Shown here piece after piece: positions 29,711 through 38,896 of a DNA stretch of 64,000 bases. Under the pieces are notes generated by a model, which saw nothing but the letters and a program-made list of their open reading frames with translations, ran no database searches and had not been told where the DNA came from. The position numbers and the translations under genes were made by a program. This DNA is from an uncultured Chloroflexia bacterium (lineage in GTDB: Bacteria; Chloroflexota; Limnocylindria; QHBO01), in NCBI GenBank assembly GCA_963825525.1, contig CAWGTN010000002.1, forward strand, positions 416,001-480,000, read 5' to 3'. Position 1 is the first letter of the stretch, and each line of letters opens with the position of its first letter.

Positions 29711-31666
29711 CTACGCGGCGGGAATCCTGGCGTTGCGCTTTGGCGGTGCATGCTCTGAGCCGAGCGCCTCGCGAACCTGCGCCAGGATGCCCGGCGCATC
29801 GATTCGCTGCTGGGCTCGCAGGTCCGTGACGGCGCCGTGGTGCACGAAGCCATCGGCCAGCGCGATCTTCCGGACCGGGACGCGGATGCCAGCCTGGTTG
29901 AGCGTGTCGAGCACCCCGTCACCGAACCCACCTGCCGCGGCCGATTCCTCTGCTGTGACGACAAGCCGCTTCCCGGCGGCGTGCTCGACGATCAGGGCCT
30001 CGTCGAGCGGCTTGGCCCAGCGCGCGTTGATGACGGCGGCCGCGACGCCGTCCTGCTCGAGCGCATCGGCCACCGCGAGAAGGCGCTGCACGATCGGGCC
30101 GAATCCCACGAGGAGGACATCGTCCCCGGAGCGAAGGAGCTCACCGCGTCCGATCTCGAGCTGGGTGCCCTCGCGATCGTCGAGGTCCTCGCCAGCGTCG
30201 CGGGGATAGAGCAGCGCCGCCGGACCGCCGTGGGCGTGTGCCGTCACCAGCAGATCCCGCAGCTCCTGTTCGTCCTTTGGTGACCCGATGACCAGGTTCG
30301 GCAACGAGCGCATTGCCGGCAGCATGAACATGCCCTGGTGACTTGTTCCGTCCTCGCCGACCAGCCCCGATCGGTCGAGCCCCAGGATCACCGGCAGGTC
30401 GTTCTGGCAGACGTCATGGACCAGCCCGTCATAGGCGCGCTGGCTGAACGTGGAGTACAGCGCAACCACGGGCCGCATTCCGGCAAGCGCCATTCCGGCG
30501 GCCATCGTCACCGCGTGCTGCTCAGCGATCCCGACGTCATGGAAGCGACGTGGATAGTTGTCCGCAAAACGTGAAAGGCCGGTGCCCGTTGGCATGCCGG
30601 CGGTGATCGCCAGGACGCGATCATCCGTTCCCCCGAGCCGGACGAGCTCCTCGACAAAGGTCTGCGTGTAGGACTTCGGCTTCCGCTTCCCGTTGCCCTC
30701 GGGCGGAAGTGGCTCCTCGGTGGGATCGATGAGGCACAGGTCGATCGGCGGCAGGCTGGCGCCATGGAAGCTCATCGAGTCTTCCTCCGCCGGTGCGTAT
30801 CCCTTGCCCTTGACGGTCTTGACGTGCACCAGAACGGGAGCGCGGAGGTGGAACGCGGCCTCGAAGGCGGCCTCGAGCTCCTCGCGATTGTGACCGTCCA
30901 GCACCCCGATATACGTGATGCCGATGTCCTCGAAGAACCCGACCTTGGCCCAGCTGCGCTTGAACCCCTCCTTGGCCCACGCGAGGAGATCGAACGCCGG
31001 CTTGCCGATGAGCGGGATGCGCGGAAGCGCCCGCTGCGTCACCGACTTCGTCTCCTGATAGGCACGGGACAGCCGCATCTTGTTCAGACGCGTCGAAAGG
31101 CCGCCGACTGACGGGCTGATGCTCATCTCGTTGTCATTCAGCACGATCAGCAGCGGATGGCGCGTGTGGCCGAGGTGGTTGAGCGCCTCCATGGTCAAGC
31201 CCGATCCGATGGCGGCATCGCCCACGCACACCGCGATCCGCTGGCGCGAGGCCGGTGCGGTTGCCGGGTGCAGGTCCCTGGCCGCCGCCAGCCCGACGCC
31301 GATGCTCACGCCGGTGCCGGCGTGGCCGCCGTCGAACACGTCGTGTTCGCTCTCGCTGCGCCTGGGGAAACCGCCGACTCCATCCAGCTGACGGAGCGTG
31401 TCGAATCGGTCCCAGCGGTTCGTCAGCAACTTGTGCGCGTACGCCTGGTGGCCGGTGTCCCACACGATTCGGTCACGCGGAGAATCCATGGTCCGATGCA
31501 GGGCCAGCGTGATCTCGACCACGCCCAGGGAGCTTGCGAGGTGCCCGCCGGTCTGATGCACGGTCCGGATCATCTTCTCGCGCAGCTCGTCAGCCAGCGT
31601 TTCCAGCTGCTCGGGCGTCATGCCGTGCAGCTGTGCCGGGTCGCGGATCGTCTCGAGCAGCGTCAT
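29711..31666 (-). CDS. dxs: 1-deoxy-D-xylulose-5-phosphate synthase
   Basis: GGHLASSLG, WDTGHQAY.HK, LNDNEMSI, DVGIAEQH, DR.GLVGEDG.SHQG. Confidence 0.97.
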   Translation of the reverse strand: MTLLETIRDPAQLHGMTPEQLETLADELREKMIRTVHQTGGHLASSLGVVEITLALHRTMDSPRDRIVWDTGHQAYAHKLLTNRWDRFDTLRQLDGVGGFPRRSESEHDVFDGGHAGTGVSIGVGLAAARDLHPATAPASRQRIAVCVGDAAIGSGLTMEALNHLGHTRHPLLIVLNDNEMSISPSVGGLSTRLNKMRLSRAYQETKSVTQRALPRIPLIGKPAFDLLAWAKEGFKRSWAKVGFFEDIGITYIGVLDGHNREELEAAFEAAFHLRAPVLVHVKTVKGKGYAPAEEDSMSFHGASLPPIDLCLIDPTEEPLPPEGNGKRKPKSYTQTFVEELVRLGGTDDRVLAITAGMPTGTGLSRFADNYPRRFHDVGIAEQHAVTMAAGMALAGMRPVVALYSTFSQRAYDGLVHDVCQNDLPVILGLDRSGLVGEDGTSHQGMFMLPAMRSLPNLVIGSPKDEQELRDLLVTAHAHGGPAALLYPRDAGEDLDDREGTQLEIGRGELLRSGDDVLLVGFGPIVQRLLAVADALEQDGVAAAVINARWAKPLDEALIVEHAAGKRLVVTAEESAAAGGFGDGVLDTLNQAGIRVPVRKIALADGFVHHGAVTDLRAQQRIDAPGILAQVREALGSEHAPPKRNARIPAA

Positions 31667-31740
31667 CGAAAACCCATGCCTCCAGGATCGAAAAAGTATA
31701 CGGGCGGTCGCACCGGCACGCCTGCGGACGGCCGATCCAC

Positions 31741-32178
31741 TCAGACGAGCGACTTCTCGAAGACGTGACTGCGCTTGGTCTCCACGAACCCCATACGTTC
31801 GTAAAAGCGATGCGCACGCGTCCGCGTGCTGCGCGAGCGGACGAGCATCGTGTCGAGGGCATGACCGCGCGCCCATGCCTCGCCGGCCGAGAGCAGCGCC
31901 GTCCCGGTGCCCACCGACCGTGCATCCTCGTCGACCACCAGGCCGGCGATGAGCGCGCGCTCGGGCTCCTCGAGGGTCGCGTGCCGAAGGACGTGGAGCC
32001 AGCCGATCGGGCGATCGGCCTCGTCAGTGGCCACGAGCAGCAGGTGATCGTCACGATCCATGATCGGCTGTGCGCGACGGAGCATCGCCACCGCGTCCAC
32101 CGGATACCCGAGCTGCGTGGTCAGCGCAGCGACCGCCGGGGCGTCATCGGCGCGCATGGGTCGGATCCGCGTCGTCAA
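31741..32178 (-). CDS. GNAT family N-acetyltransferase
   Basis: LVVDEDARSVGTGTALL, AHRFYERMGF. Confidence 0.88.
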   Translation of the reverse strand: MTTRIRPMRADDAPAVAALTTQLGYPVDAVAMLRRAQPIMDRDDHLLLVATDEADRPIGWLHVLRHATLEEPERALIAGLVVDEDARSVGTGTALLSAGEAWARGHALDTMLVRSRSTRTRAHRFYERMGFVETKRSHVFEKSLV

Positions 32179-32447
32179 GTGGTGGACGCTGGCTCCGCAT
32201 CGAGCTCCGCGCCGACCACGCCTCGCCGGCCGAGCTCGGTGATCGTGAGCTCGGCGTCACGCAGCCGGGTCTCGCATGCCGAGTGGAGCCGCAGCCCGCG
32301 CTGATAGAGCTCGATGCTCTCCTCGAGCCCGGCATCACCGCCCTCGAGCCGCTGGACGGTCGCCTGCAGAGCGACCACCAGCTCATCGAAGGGGCGCTTG
32401 GCGAGGTCCTCGTCGCTCAGTCCGTCGAGGGTTGCGTCATCGATCAT
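32175..32447 (-). CDS. xseB: Exodeoxyribonuclease VII small subunit
   Basis: FDELV..L...V.RLE.G...LEESIELYQRG..L...C...L..AE. Confidence 0.92.
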   Translation of the reverse strand: MIDDATLDGLSDEDLAKRPFDELVVALQATVQRLEGGDAGLEESIELYQRGLRLHSACETRLRDAELTITELGRRGVVGAELDAEPASTT

Positions 32448-33739
32448 GAGAGGAGCTCCTCGGTGCCGTCGGCGCGGGTCTCTTCCACGCGCGTGTCCAC
32501 GGTACCCCGCGCGACGATGACCTGCAGCGGGTCGCCGACCGCGACGCTCGTCGCGTCCCGCACGATTCGCCCGTCCGCGGCGCGGGCCACGGCATAGCCC
32601 CGCTCGAGCGTGGCCAGCGGCGAGAGAGTACGGAGCGTGGCGTGGGCCGTATCGACCAGCATGCGGCGTTGCATCGTTCGCTGGCTGACGGCGCGAAGTC
32701 CACGCTCGAGGAGGTCCGAGGTTCGCTGGCGTGCAGACCCGATGTCCGGTGCGAGCCCGGCCAGTGCCCGGCGCTCGGCATCGAGCCGGCGCCGCCGCTC
32801 GGCCGCTCGGCCGGTGAGGGCAGCCGTGGACCGATCGCGCATGCGGCCGATGACCGAGGCGAGCTGGGTCGCGTCGGGGGTGGCGAGCTCGGCGGCAGCG
32901 CTGGGAGTCGGAGCCCGCAGGTCCGCGGCAAAGTCTGCCAGCGTCACGTCGGACTCGTGGCCGACGCCCACGATGATCGGCACCGGTGACGCGGCGACAG
33001 ACCGCACGACCTTCTCATCGTTGAAGCACCACAGGTCCTCGAGCGAGCCGCCTCCGCGCGCCAGGATGATCGTGTCGAGATCCGGCTGGGCATACAGCCG
33101 CTCCAGCGCCCGCACCACGGCCGGGGCCGCCGTGACGCCCTGCACCACGGTCGGCGACAGGACCAGCTCGGCCAGCGGGTAGCGCCGCCGCAGAACGTTG
33201 GTGATATCACGCCAGACGGCTCCCACGGGCGATGTCACCACGCCGATGCGACGCGGCCAACGCGGGATCGGGCGCTTGCGCGATTCCTCGAACAGGCCGG
33301 CCGCGGCCAGCTCGACTCGCAGCGCCTCGTAGCGGGCGTGGAGATCGCCGGCGCCCGCGGCGGTGATGGTGTCGACGTACAGCTGGTAGACGCCCTGCGG
33401 CTCGTACGCGCGCACCCGACCGTGGATGATCACGTTCATGCCATGGACCGGACGCATCCCGGACCGGGTGAGCTCCTCGCGGAACAGGGCCGCGCGAAGC
33501 TGGCTGTTGGCGTCCTTCAGGGTGAAGAAGCAATGGCCGGAGGCGGGAAACGATGGCTGGCTGATCTCACCCTCGACCCACACGTCGGCGAGGACCGCAT
33601 CGCTGTCGAGCAGGCTTCGAACTCGACGATTGAGGTCCGTCACGCGAAGGATGCGCGGGGTCGCCCGGATCGGCGTCGACTCCGGCTCCGTCTCGGGTTT
33701 CGCCTGGTCCCAGATGCTCGGCTGGTCCGGAGAGCCCAT
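32444..33739 (-). CDS. xseA: Exodeoxyribonuclease VII large subunit
   Basis: VWVEGEIS, SGH..FTLKD, ARGGGSLEDLWCFNDE, GVGHESD, APTPSAAAE, LERGYA. Confidence 0.97.
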   Translation of the reverse strand: MGSPDQPSIWDQAKPETEPESTPIRATPRILRVTDLNRRVRSLLDSDAVLADVWVEGEISQPSFPASGHCFFTLKDANSQLRAALFREELTRSGMRPVHGMNVIIHGRVRAYEPQGVYQLYVDTITAAGAGDLHARYEALRVELAAAGLFEESRKRPIPRWPRRIGVVTSPVGAVWRDITNVLRRRYPLAELVLSPTVVQGVTAAPAVVRALERLYAQPDLDTIILARGGGSLEDLWCFNDEKVVRSVAASPVPIIVGVGHESDVTLADFAADLRAPTPSAAAELATPDATQLASVIGRMRDRSTAALTGRAAERRRRLDAERRALAGLAPDIGSARQRTSDLLERGLRAVSQRTMQRRMLVDTAHATLRTLSPLATLERGYAVARAADGRIVRDATSVAVGDPLQVIVARGTVDTRVEETRADGTEELLS

Positions 33740-33744
33740 CGGCC

Positions 33745-34305
33745 CTACTGGACCCGGGTGACGTACTCGCCGGTGCGGGTGTCGATCCGCAGGAGGTCGC
33801 CCTCGTTCACGAACAGCGGAACCTGGACCACGAGGCCGGTCTGCACGGTTGCGGCCTTCTTGGCGCCGGTCGCCGTGTCACCGGCAAAGCCCGGATCGGT
33901 CTGGGTCACGCGCAGATCGACGGTCACCGGGAGGTCGACGCCGAGGATCTCGTCCTCGTGCGAGCTCACGAACACCTCGGTGTTCTCCACCAGGTAGCGC
34001 GCGTCATCGCCCAGCATCGCCCCGCCGACCGCGAACTGGTCGTACGTCTCGCTGTCCATGAAGTGGTAGACGTCACCATCGGCGTACAGGTACTGGACCC
34101 GACGCTGCTCGACCCGCGCTCGGGGCCAGCGGGTGCCAGCCTGGAACGTGCGCTCGACGATGTCGCCCTTGCGCACGTTCTGGAGCTTCATACGGACCTG
34201 GGCCGATCCCCGTGCCATCTTGATGTGGCTCCAGTCGAGGACCTTCATCAGCTGCCCGTCAAGCTCGATGATGACGCCCTTCTTGACGTCGCCGGTGCTG
34301 ATCAA
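33745..34305 (-). CDS. efp: Elongation factor P
   Basis: QYLY.DG, FMD.ETYDQ, PG..GDTATG..K.A, VPLFVNEG..IDTRTGEY; TTG start after AGGAG. Confidence 0.96.
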   Translation of the reverse strand: MISTGDVKKGVIIELDGQLMKVLDWSHIKMARGSAQVRMKLQNVRKGDIVERTFQAGTRWPRARVEQRRVQYLYADGDVYHFMDSETYDQFAVGGAMLGDDARYLVENTEVFVSSHEDEILGVDLPVTVDLRVTQTDPGFAGDTATGAKKAATVQTGLVVQVPLFVNEGDLLRIDTRTGEYVTRVQ

Positions 34306-34354
34306 TCGTGACTCCTGTTGGTGGACCGATGTGGTGCGCGCTCAAGGATAGCGT

Positions 34355-35452
34355 TCAGCCGATCACCAGCGCCTCACGCGGCGAGGTCGTCAGCAGCCGT
34401 GGGCCTGACTCCTCCAGCGCCACGATGTCCTCGATCCGGATCCCGGTGACGCCCGGGAGGTAGATCCCGGGCTCGACGCTGAACACCATCCCCGCCTCCA
34501 GCCTCGAGGGCGCGCTGCGCCGCAGGCTCGGCGCCTCGTGAGTCTCCAGCCCGATGCCATGACCCAGGCCGTGCCCGTAAGGCTCAACCCCCTCCTGCTC
34601 GATGCGCTCCCGTGACAGGCGATCGAGTTCCTGGCCGTCCGCGCCGACAGTGATTCCCTCGATCGCGATCTGCTGTGCTTCCCGAACCGCATCGTGGTAT
34701 CGACGGACGTCGTCCGGCACATCGCCGACGAACAGGGTGCGCGTCATGTCCGAGCGGTAGCCATCCACCGCACAACCGAAGTCGATGAGGAGCACGTTGC
34801 CACGCTCGATCACGGCGTCCGATGGCCTGCCATGCGGCATCGCGGCCCTGGCGCCGGCCAGAACGATGGGCTCGAAGGCCAGGCCCTCCGCCCCGCTCGT
34901 CCGGAAGAATCGCTCGAGCTCAAGGGCGACCTGCCGTTCGGTCATGCCCGGTCGGATCCAACCGACCAGGTGGGCGAGACACGCGTCGGTCAACTCGCAG
35001 GCACGCTCGATGTCCGCGATCTCCTGCGCGGTCTTCAGGAGGCGCAGCGGGATGAGCTCGTCGTCGATCGCATGCAGCTCGACGCCGGGTGCGGCCTCCG
35101 CCAGCAGCGACCAGTCCGCGTGGCTCATCACCCGCGACTCCATGCCGAGCGCCGCGACACGGTGTCGGAGGAGCACCTCCGGCAACTCGCCGTGGATCGC
35201 GCCGGCGGTGGCCACGAGCTCCCAGCCCGGAGCCTGGTCCGCCGCCTGCTCCACGTAGCGGGAATCGGCGAAGATCAGCATCTCATCGGACGTCACCAGG
35301 AGGGTGCCTGACCAGCCGGAGGTCGGGCCCTCGGCGTCGCCCAGCTGGAAGCCGCTGAAGTAGCGGCGATTCGCGTTCCGGCTGATGAGCACGGCATCCA
35401 GGGACCGAGCCGCGAGCACGGCCCGAAGGCGTTCGATGCGAGCGGCCGTCAC
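34355..35452 (-). CDS. Xaa-Pro aminopeptidase (M24 family)
   Basis: PHG, DFG...GYRSDMTRT, HGLGHGIGLE.HE, VEPGIY, GIRIED. Confidence 0.93.
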   Translation of the reverse strand: MTAARIERLRAVLAARSLDAVLISRNANRRYFSGFQLGDAEGPTSGWSGTLLVTSDEMLIFADSRYVEQAADQAPGWELVATAGAIHGELPEVLLRHRVAALGMESRVMSHADWSLLAEAAPGVELHAIDDELIPLRLLKTAQEIADIERACELTDACLAHLVGWIRPGMTERQVALELERFFRTSGAEGLAFEPIVLAGARAAMPHGRPSDAVIERGNVLLIDFGCAVDGYRSDMTRTLFVGDVPDDVRRYHDAVREAQQIAIEGITVGADGQELDRLSRERIEQEGVEPYGHGLGHGIGLETHEAPSLRRSAPSRLEAGMVFSVEPGIYLPGVTGIRIEDIVALEESGPRLLTTSPREALVIG

Positions 35453-36831
35453 AGGCCGGCACACTCCTGGTTGGCGCGCGCGATGTTGGCGTTGTGCTCG
35501 TCGAGGGTCGTCGAGAAATAGTGCGAACCATCCCGCACCCCGTTCGGGCAACCGGCCACGAAGAACAGATAGCCCTCGTCGAGCGGCGCACTGGCCACCG
35601 CGGCGATGGACCCGATGCGCGGCGCGGCGATCGGCATCGGCGGCAGGCCGGGCCGCGTGTAGGTCTGGAAGCCGAGCAAGGTTTCGTCCAGGGCGACATC
35701 GCCACCGCTCACCTGCAGCTGCGGCCACCAGTTCACGGTGCCCCACTCGTCCACCGGAAGGTTTCCGCCGCCCTCGCCCAGCAACGGATGCCCGACCGGC
35801 CGCAGCTCGCCCGTGGTCAGGCCGTATTGGAGCGTGGGATCGGCATTGAGGAGGCCCACGGTCTGTTGGTTGTCCGGCTGCAGGAAGCGGTTGGTATAGA
35901 CCGCCGCGATGCGCGGGCGCTCCTCGTCGATCACGGCCTCGCGCTCGACGATGCTGGCGATGATCACCGCCTCGTCGATCGACAGGCCCTTGGCGGCGAT
36001 CCCGTCGCGAATCTCCTGGGTCAGCGCCTTGCCGAACTCGTCGAGGAGGCGCCGCACCACGGCTCGCGGCGTGGAGCTCTCGCCGCTGATCTGGTATTCG
36101 AGCGTCTCGGGCAGGATGTATCCCTCGAGTGATCGACCTGCCGGCAGATCGGCCAGGAAGTCGAACTCGTTGAGGAGTTCGGCCGGCGGCGCCTGCAGCA
36201 GCGAGGCGAACTCCTCCATGTTCATGGTCATCTTGCTCTCGGCGAAGGCCGCCACCACCTCCTCGATACGGAGGCCCTCGCGCAGGGTGACGCTGGTCAC
36301 CTCGCCGAACGGCTGACCCTGGAGCGCGGCGACGATCTCCGATGGGCGCAGGGTGGGTGACAGGTCGAACACGCCTGCCGCAAGCGTTCCCTCTCTCCCG
36401 GAAGAGATGACGGCGTACTGGAAGGCGATCTGGTTGCGGACCAGGCCCTGTTCGAGGAGCAGCTGGCCGATCGAGGTGTCGGTGGCCCCCTGCTCGACAG
36501 TGACCGTCACGCGACGCTGTTCGGCGCTGGCTGGCTCATCGGCCAGGACGTCGGGCTGGTACCAGCGCACGAAGTCCTCGACGAGGCCGTGCTCGATCGC
36601 CCCGGGGTTGTCCTCGACCCAGGCCATGACCCGCGGTGCGAAGAACGTGGTGAAGCCGAAGAAGATGAGAAAGCCGAGCAGCGCGATGGATCCGGCGATC
36701 CAGACGACCAGGAGCAGAGGCTCGATGCGGCGTCGCCGGCGAACGGGGCCCTCGCGCTGTTCGCGCAGGCGCCGGATGCGTGCGTTGCGTCGCTCCTCGT
36801 ACTCCCCCATGGGCGCCGGGCGTCGGCTCAT
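35449..36831 (-). CDS. mltG: Endolytic transglycosylase MltG
   Basis: N-terminal TM helix; LEGY..PETY-like segment, ASIVERE (catalytic Glu), L.ADPT, TY..PGLPP.PI. Confidence 0.92.
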   Translation of the reverse strand: MSRRPAPMGEYEERRNARIRRLREQREGPVRRRRRIEPLLLVVWIAGSIALLGFLIFFGFTTFFAPRVMAWVEDNPGAIEHGLVEDFVRWYQPDVLADEPASAEQRRVTVTVEQGATDTSIGQLLLEQGLVRNQIAFQYAVISSGREGTLAAGVFDLSPTLRPSEIVAALQGQPFGEVTSVTLREGLRIEEVVAAFAESKMTMNMEEFASLLQAPPAELLNEFDFLADLPAGRSLEGYILPETLEYQISGESSTPRAVVRRLLDEFGKALTQEIRDGIAAKGLSIDEAVIIASIVEREAVIDEERPRIAAVYTNRFLQPDNQQTVGLLNADPTLQYGLTTGELRPVGHPLLGEGGGNLPVDEWGTVNWWPQLQVSGGDVALDETLLGFQTYTRPGLPPMPIAAPRIGSIAAVASAPLDEGYLFFVAGCPNGVRDGSHYFSTTLDEHNANIARANQECAGL

Positions 36832-37253
36832 TCGGTCTCCTCAGGCGGTTGGGCGTCCAGGTATTGTTGCAGGATCACACGGGCCGCTGCCGAGTCGAGC
36901 TGCCCGCTGCGACGCGACGGCCGCGCCCCGGCGTCCGCCAGGCGCTCCCCCGCCTCCCATGAGCTGAGTCGCTCGTCCTGGTAGGCAATTCTCATGCCGA
37001 GAGCGGCCAACCGGTCTCCGAACGAGCGAGCGGCAGCGGCCTGCGAACCCTCGCTGCCGTCCATGTTCAGCGGGAGCCCGATCACGACCATGCTGGCATG
37101 CTCGGATGCGGCGAGAGCGCGGAGTGCGGCGAGGTCGGCATCCAGGTTGCTTCGGATGAGCGCGGGTCGTGCAAACGCCATCCGGGTTTCCGTGTCCCCC
37201 GCCGCCACGCCGATGCGACGACCTCCGTGATCGAGGCCGATGACGGTTGTCAC
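36828..37253 (-). CDS. ruvX: YqgF/RuvX RNase H-fold nuclease
   Basis: GLDHGGRRIGVA, IGLPLNMDG, DERLSS, DSAAA..ILQ.YLD. Confidence 0.95.
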   Translation of the reverse strand: MTTVIGLDHGGRRIGVAAGDTETRMAFARPALIRSNLDADLAALRALAASEHASMVVIGLPLNMDGSEGSQAAAARSFGDRLAALGMRIAYQDERLSSWEAGERLADAGARPSRRSGQLDSAAARVILQQYLDAQPPEETE

Positions 37254-38896
37254 GGAGCCGTCGACGGCACTGGTTCGCCCTCGACCGTGACGATGACGCG
37301 CCAATCCAGGGCGGGCACGTCTCCCACCCACCCCGGCCACAGCTCCACGGTCGCGTCGCCGAGCGGCTCCAGCGCGGCCTCCGCCTGTTCGGCCGACAGC
37401 CCGCGAACGAGGTCCACGATGGCCTGCCGATCCACCGCCTCGACGATGGTCCCCACGACCTCAACCCGGACGACGAGCTCGGAGCCATCACGGTTGGCAT
37501 CCACGATCTGCACCTGGTGACTGCCCGGGACGAGCTCCGTTCCCTCGGGCAGGAGTGACCGGTCGCCGTTCACCCTGGACTCGGCGAGTGCATCGACTTC
37601 GCTCCGCTCGACGGTCATCCGGTCGTACTCGATTGATCCCTGGATCTCGGCGGTCTCCTCGTCGCGCGTCCCGACGAGCCCCTCCAGGCCGTCGACCAGG
37701 GGATCGGCAGCCCCCGTGCCCGATTCGACGACCTGGCCATCGGTGCCCCCGAACCGCTCGCTCAAGGCATCTTCGAGATCGGAGATGAGCTGTCCGCGCG
37801 CGGCGTCCACGTCGGCCTGGAGGATCTCGGTGCCGACGTCGTCGATCCCTCCCGATGTCGGTTCGGGGTTGATGACCAGCCGCTGCGTGTTGTTCGGGAA
37901 TCCGCGGAGGCGCGCCGCCACGTTCTGGCTCAGAACGGTGTCGATTGCCTCCGCCGCCACGTTGCCATCCGGCCCGGCAGCGGCGGCCCGCACGTCGACG
38001 GCCTCCTCGCCGGCACGGATGGTTCCCTCGGCGGTGAGCGCGCCGGCGGGGACCACGATCTCCGCAACCGTCTCGTATGCCTGCTCTCCGGCCGCCACCA
38101 GCGCGCCGGCCCCGACGGATACCGCCACGGTGTTGAAGTTCCGGAACACCACGGTCCCGGTGGCCGGGGCCTGGATGGGATACGTGCCGGACGCCGTGAC
38201 GGTGGCGGTGGCCTCGACGCTCCCCTGCAGGCGTCCCGGATCGGCGATGCGCAGCGCGTACGACGCCGGCCCGATCTGCCGGCTGGCTGGGACCAGGCGG
38301 ATCGATGCAGCGGGGGCCACCGCGAGGACGCCGACCGTACCGCCGACCAGGAGCAGCGCGATGAGTGCCACCGGAATGACGACCGCCCGACCTGCGCGTC
38401 GTTTCCGGGCCGCACCAGCGGCGGGCGGTGAGGGGACCCTCGCACGGGGCACCGTGACCTCGCGCGTCTCCTCGGCGTCGGCGAGGAGTGCGGGGCCGGG
38501 CATGCCGGCCTGCGGGGCGCTGACGACGGCGGCCGCCAGCCCGGTCGTCTCCTCGGACATGTCACCGCGAACCACCCGGATGGGGGCGCGTGCGGAGGGG
38601 GCCTCGGCGTCAGTCATCGGCTCGGCCGTCCGCGCATCGGCGATGGTCGCCCACGCGTCCAGACCGGCCTCGGCAGCCAGCGAACGAGTCAGCGGATCCC
38701 CCACCACGGACAACCCGCGCCCGGTGGCATCGGCGACGCGTGCCAGCAGGCGGAGAGCAACGACGCTCGATGTCGCGCGCGAGCGGCCGGGCGCCACGAG
38801 CACGATCCGCTCGGCGTCCAGCGCGCGGATACGACGCACGACGCTCGTCACCTCGTCATCCGACTCGAGGTACAGGAGTGCGACTGCGTCGGTCAC
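37250..38896 (-). CDS. Single-pass membrane protein with STAS-like N-terminus and baseplate J/gp47-like external domain
   Basis: LYLESDDEVTSVVRRIR head, Ala/Pro linker, TM helix (AVVIPVALIALLLVGG), ATGTVVFRN...VPAG...A...G.DGNV...INPEPTSGG. Confidence 0.72.
   Translation of the reverse strand: MTDAVALLYLESDDEVTSVVRRIRALDAERIVLVAPGRSRATSSVVALRLLARVADATGRGLSVVGDPLTRSLAAEAGLDAWATIADARTAEPMTDAEAPSARAPIRVVRGDMSEETTGLAAAVVSAPQAGMPGPALLADAEETREVTVPRARVPSPPAAGAARKRRAGRAVVIPVALIALLLVGGTVGVLAVAPAASIRLVPASRQIGPASYALRIADPGRLQGSVEATATVTASGTYPIQAPATGTVVFRNFNTVAVSVGAGALVAAGEQAYETVAEIVVPAGALTAEGTIRAGEEAVDVRAAAAGPDGNVAAEAIDTVLSQNVAARLRGFPNNTQRLVINPEPTSGGIDDVGTEILQADVDAARGQLISDLEDALSERFGGTDGQVVESGTGAADPLVDGLEGLVGTRDEETAEIQGSIEYDRMTVERSEVDALAESRVNGDRSLLPEGTELVPGSHQVQIVDANRDGSELVVRVEVVGTIVEAVDRQAIVDLVRGLSAEQAEAALEPLGDATVELWPGWVGDVPALDWRVIVTVEGEPVPSTAP

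Noticed and set aside
37250-38896. Prophage, tailocin or contractile injection system implied by the baseplate-J-like domain
   Set aside because: No sheath, tube, spike or other wedge genes; the protein is membrane-anchored within a core operon
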